A stretch of 64,000 nucleotides of DNA from Antechinus flavipes (Eukaryota): assembly GCF_016432865.1 (NCBI RefSeq), contig NC_067399.1, positions 621,860,001-621,924,000 on the forward strand. The letters run 5' to 3'. Below are positions 63,100 through 64,000 of this stretch, one piece after another. The notes beneath the pieces were generated by a model that did not search any database, was not told where the DNA came from, and saw only the letters and a program-made list of their open reading frames with translations. The first letter of the stretch is position 1. Every line of letters starts with the position of its first letter. The position numbers and the translations under genes are program-made.

Positions 63100-63348
63100 C
63101 CCCTCCTCATAGTTGGGATATTCCAGGAAGCAATAAGCACCCACATGAAAATAGCTCCAGTTCCTCTCCTTAATCCACAGCCTATCCTTTTATCCGATGG
63201 TATCAGCCAGCGAGGAGGGAGGGGGAAGGGAAGCTGCAAGAGCTGGCCTGAAAGAACTGTGAGTTCAAGGGATGGGAGCGACGTGGGGGAAGATTCGTTA
63301 GGGGAAAAAGGCCCCTCTGTTCCAGCCTGAGTCTGGGAGTCTGGAGCC
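63100..63348 (+). promoter_or_regulatory. Putative LRIT1 retinal promoter; CRX/OTX2-type TAATCC at 63171-63176
   Basis: Motif seen directly; function inferred from the retinal expression of LRIT1. Confidence 0.5.
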
Positions 63349-63470
63349 ATGTGGGTGGCCATGGGAGTGCTCTGGTGTTTGGCTCTCAGGGAGCTTCCCC
63401 AGGCGCTTGGCTCCTGTCCTTCCCAGTGTACCTGTAGCCTGCATAGCCTCAGCGACGGCACCAAAAACAG
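63349..63470 (+). CDS. LRIT1: LRIT1 coding exon 1 (signal peptide and LRRNT start: MWVAMGVLWCLALRELPQALGSCPSQCTCSLHSLSDGTKNR); gene continues beyond the window
   Basis: Aligns without gaps to recalled human LRIT1 MRVALGMLWLLALAWPPQARGFCPSQCSCSLHIMGDGSKAR; gccATG Kozak; 122-nt exon ending AG|gtaagt. Confidence 0.9.
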
Positions 63471-64000
63471 GTAAGTGGAATGCTCAGGCGCTGCTCCAAT
63501 CCCTAACTTGCCTTCAGTTCTCAGAATAGGGACTCTATGTCTGGGAAGAGATGGATTAGAGGGGTCCCTCAGTTCTTGGTTGTGTTCCTTTTACCAAGTG
63601 GATTTGCATACAGATAGGTTCAAGATTTGGCTCCTTTTAGTTCTATTGTGACCTTGGGCAAGTGACTTAATCACGCTGGTTCTCTTTCTCCTCATTCATA
63701 AAACAAAGGGGTTAGACTCTTAAGTTTCCAGTTCCCTTGTAGCTCTAAATCCTATAATCTTTGATTTCTTGTGGGGGACCCTAACACCTTTTTAAAGGTA
63801 ATAATCATATTTCATGGTGATCAACTGAGATATTATTTGTGAAGCACTTAGCACAGTGCCTGGCATATAGAAGGTGCTTGATAAATGCTTGTTCCCTCCC
63901 ACTCCCATCTGGGTGATCAAGGATATGAGAATCCTGGACCTAAGCAAAAATGGGACTCTGATTAGAACACAGCAAAGCAAGAGGATCTTTTTTCCCCCCT

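Noticed and set aside
179-63900. tRNA-like A/B-box sequences; CRISPR-like or prokaryotic features
   Set aside because: The tRNA-like heads all belong to SINEs; there are no repeat-spacer arrays and the DNA is clearly eukaryotic.

Overview
Mammalian genomic DNA. The repeat content (Mar1/MIR, WSINE1-like SINEs, a devil-type young L1, an OC1-type hAT MITE) points to a marsupial, probably a dasyurid (inference). Genes read from the sequence: (1) the complete 14-exon HEXA gene on the minus strand (CDS 40830 to 21961, 544 aa, all GT-AG, catalytic motifs intact); (2) the complete 5-exon TMEM202 gene on the plus strand (44687-53070, about 289 aa); (3) the first coding exon of LRIT1 on the plus strand (63349-63470); (4) a minus-strand GC-rich 5' gene end at about 3.8-4.6 kb that fits PARP6 (non-coding exon 1, then an exon ending in ATG|GT). 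Compared with the recalled human order PARP6-CELF6-HEXA-TMEM202-ARIH1 and LRIT1/RGR head-to-head, two things stand out. I find no CELF6 exons between PARP6 and HEXA, only an orphan CpG-rich island. TMEM202 is followed by LRIT1 with no recognisable RGR or ARIH1, which suggests a rearrangement breakpoint where the RGR opsin gene should lie. Other observations: a solo-LTR-like element with a downstream splice donor that could drive a TMEM202 or HEXA-antisense transcript, an OC1-type MITE (a family reported as horizontally transferred), and three long perfect inverted repeats, one reconstructable as a template-switch mutation. No RNA genes, CRISPR arrays or prokaryotic features were seen. I cannot support a wholly new biological system. 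All homology calls are by eye from recalled sequences; no searches were run.
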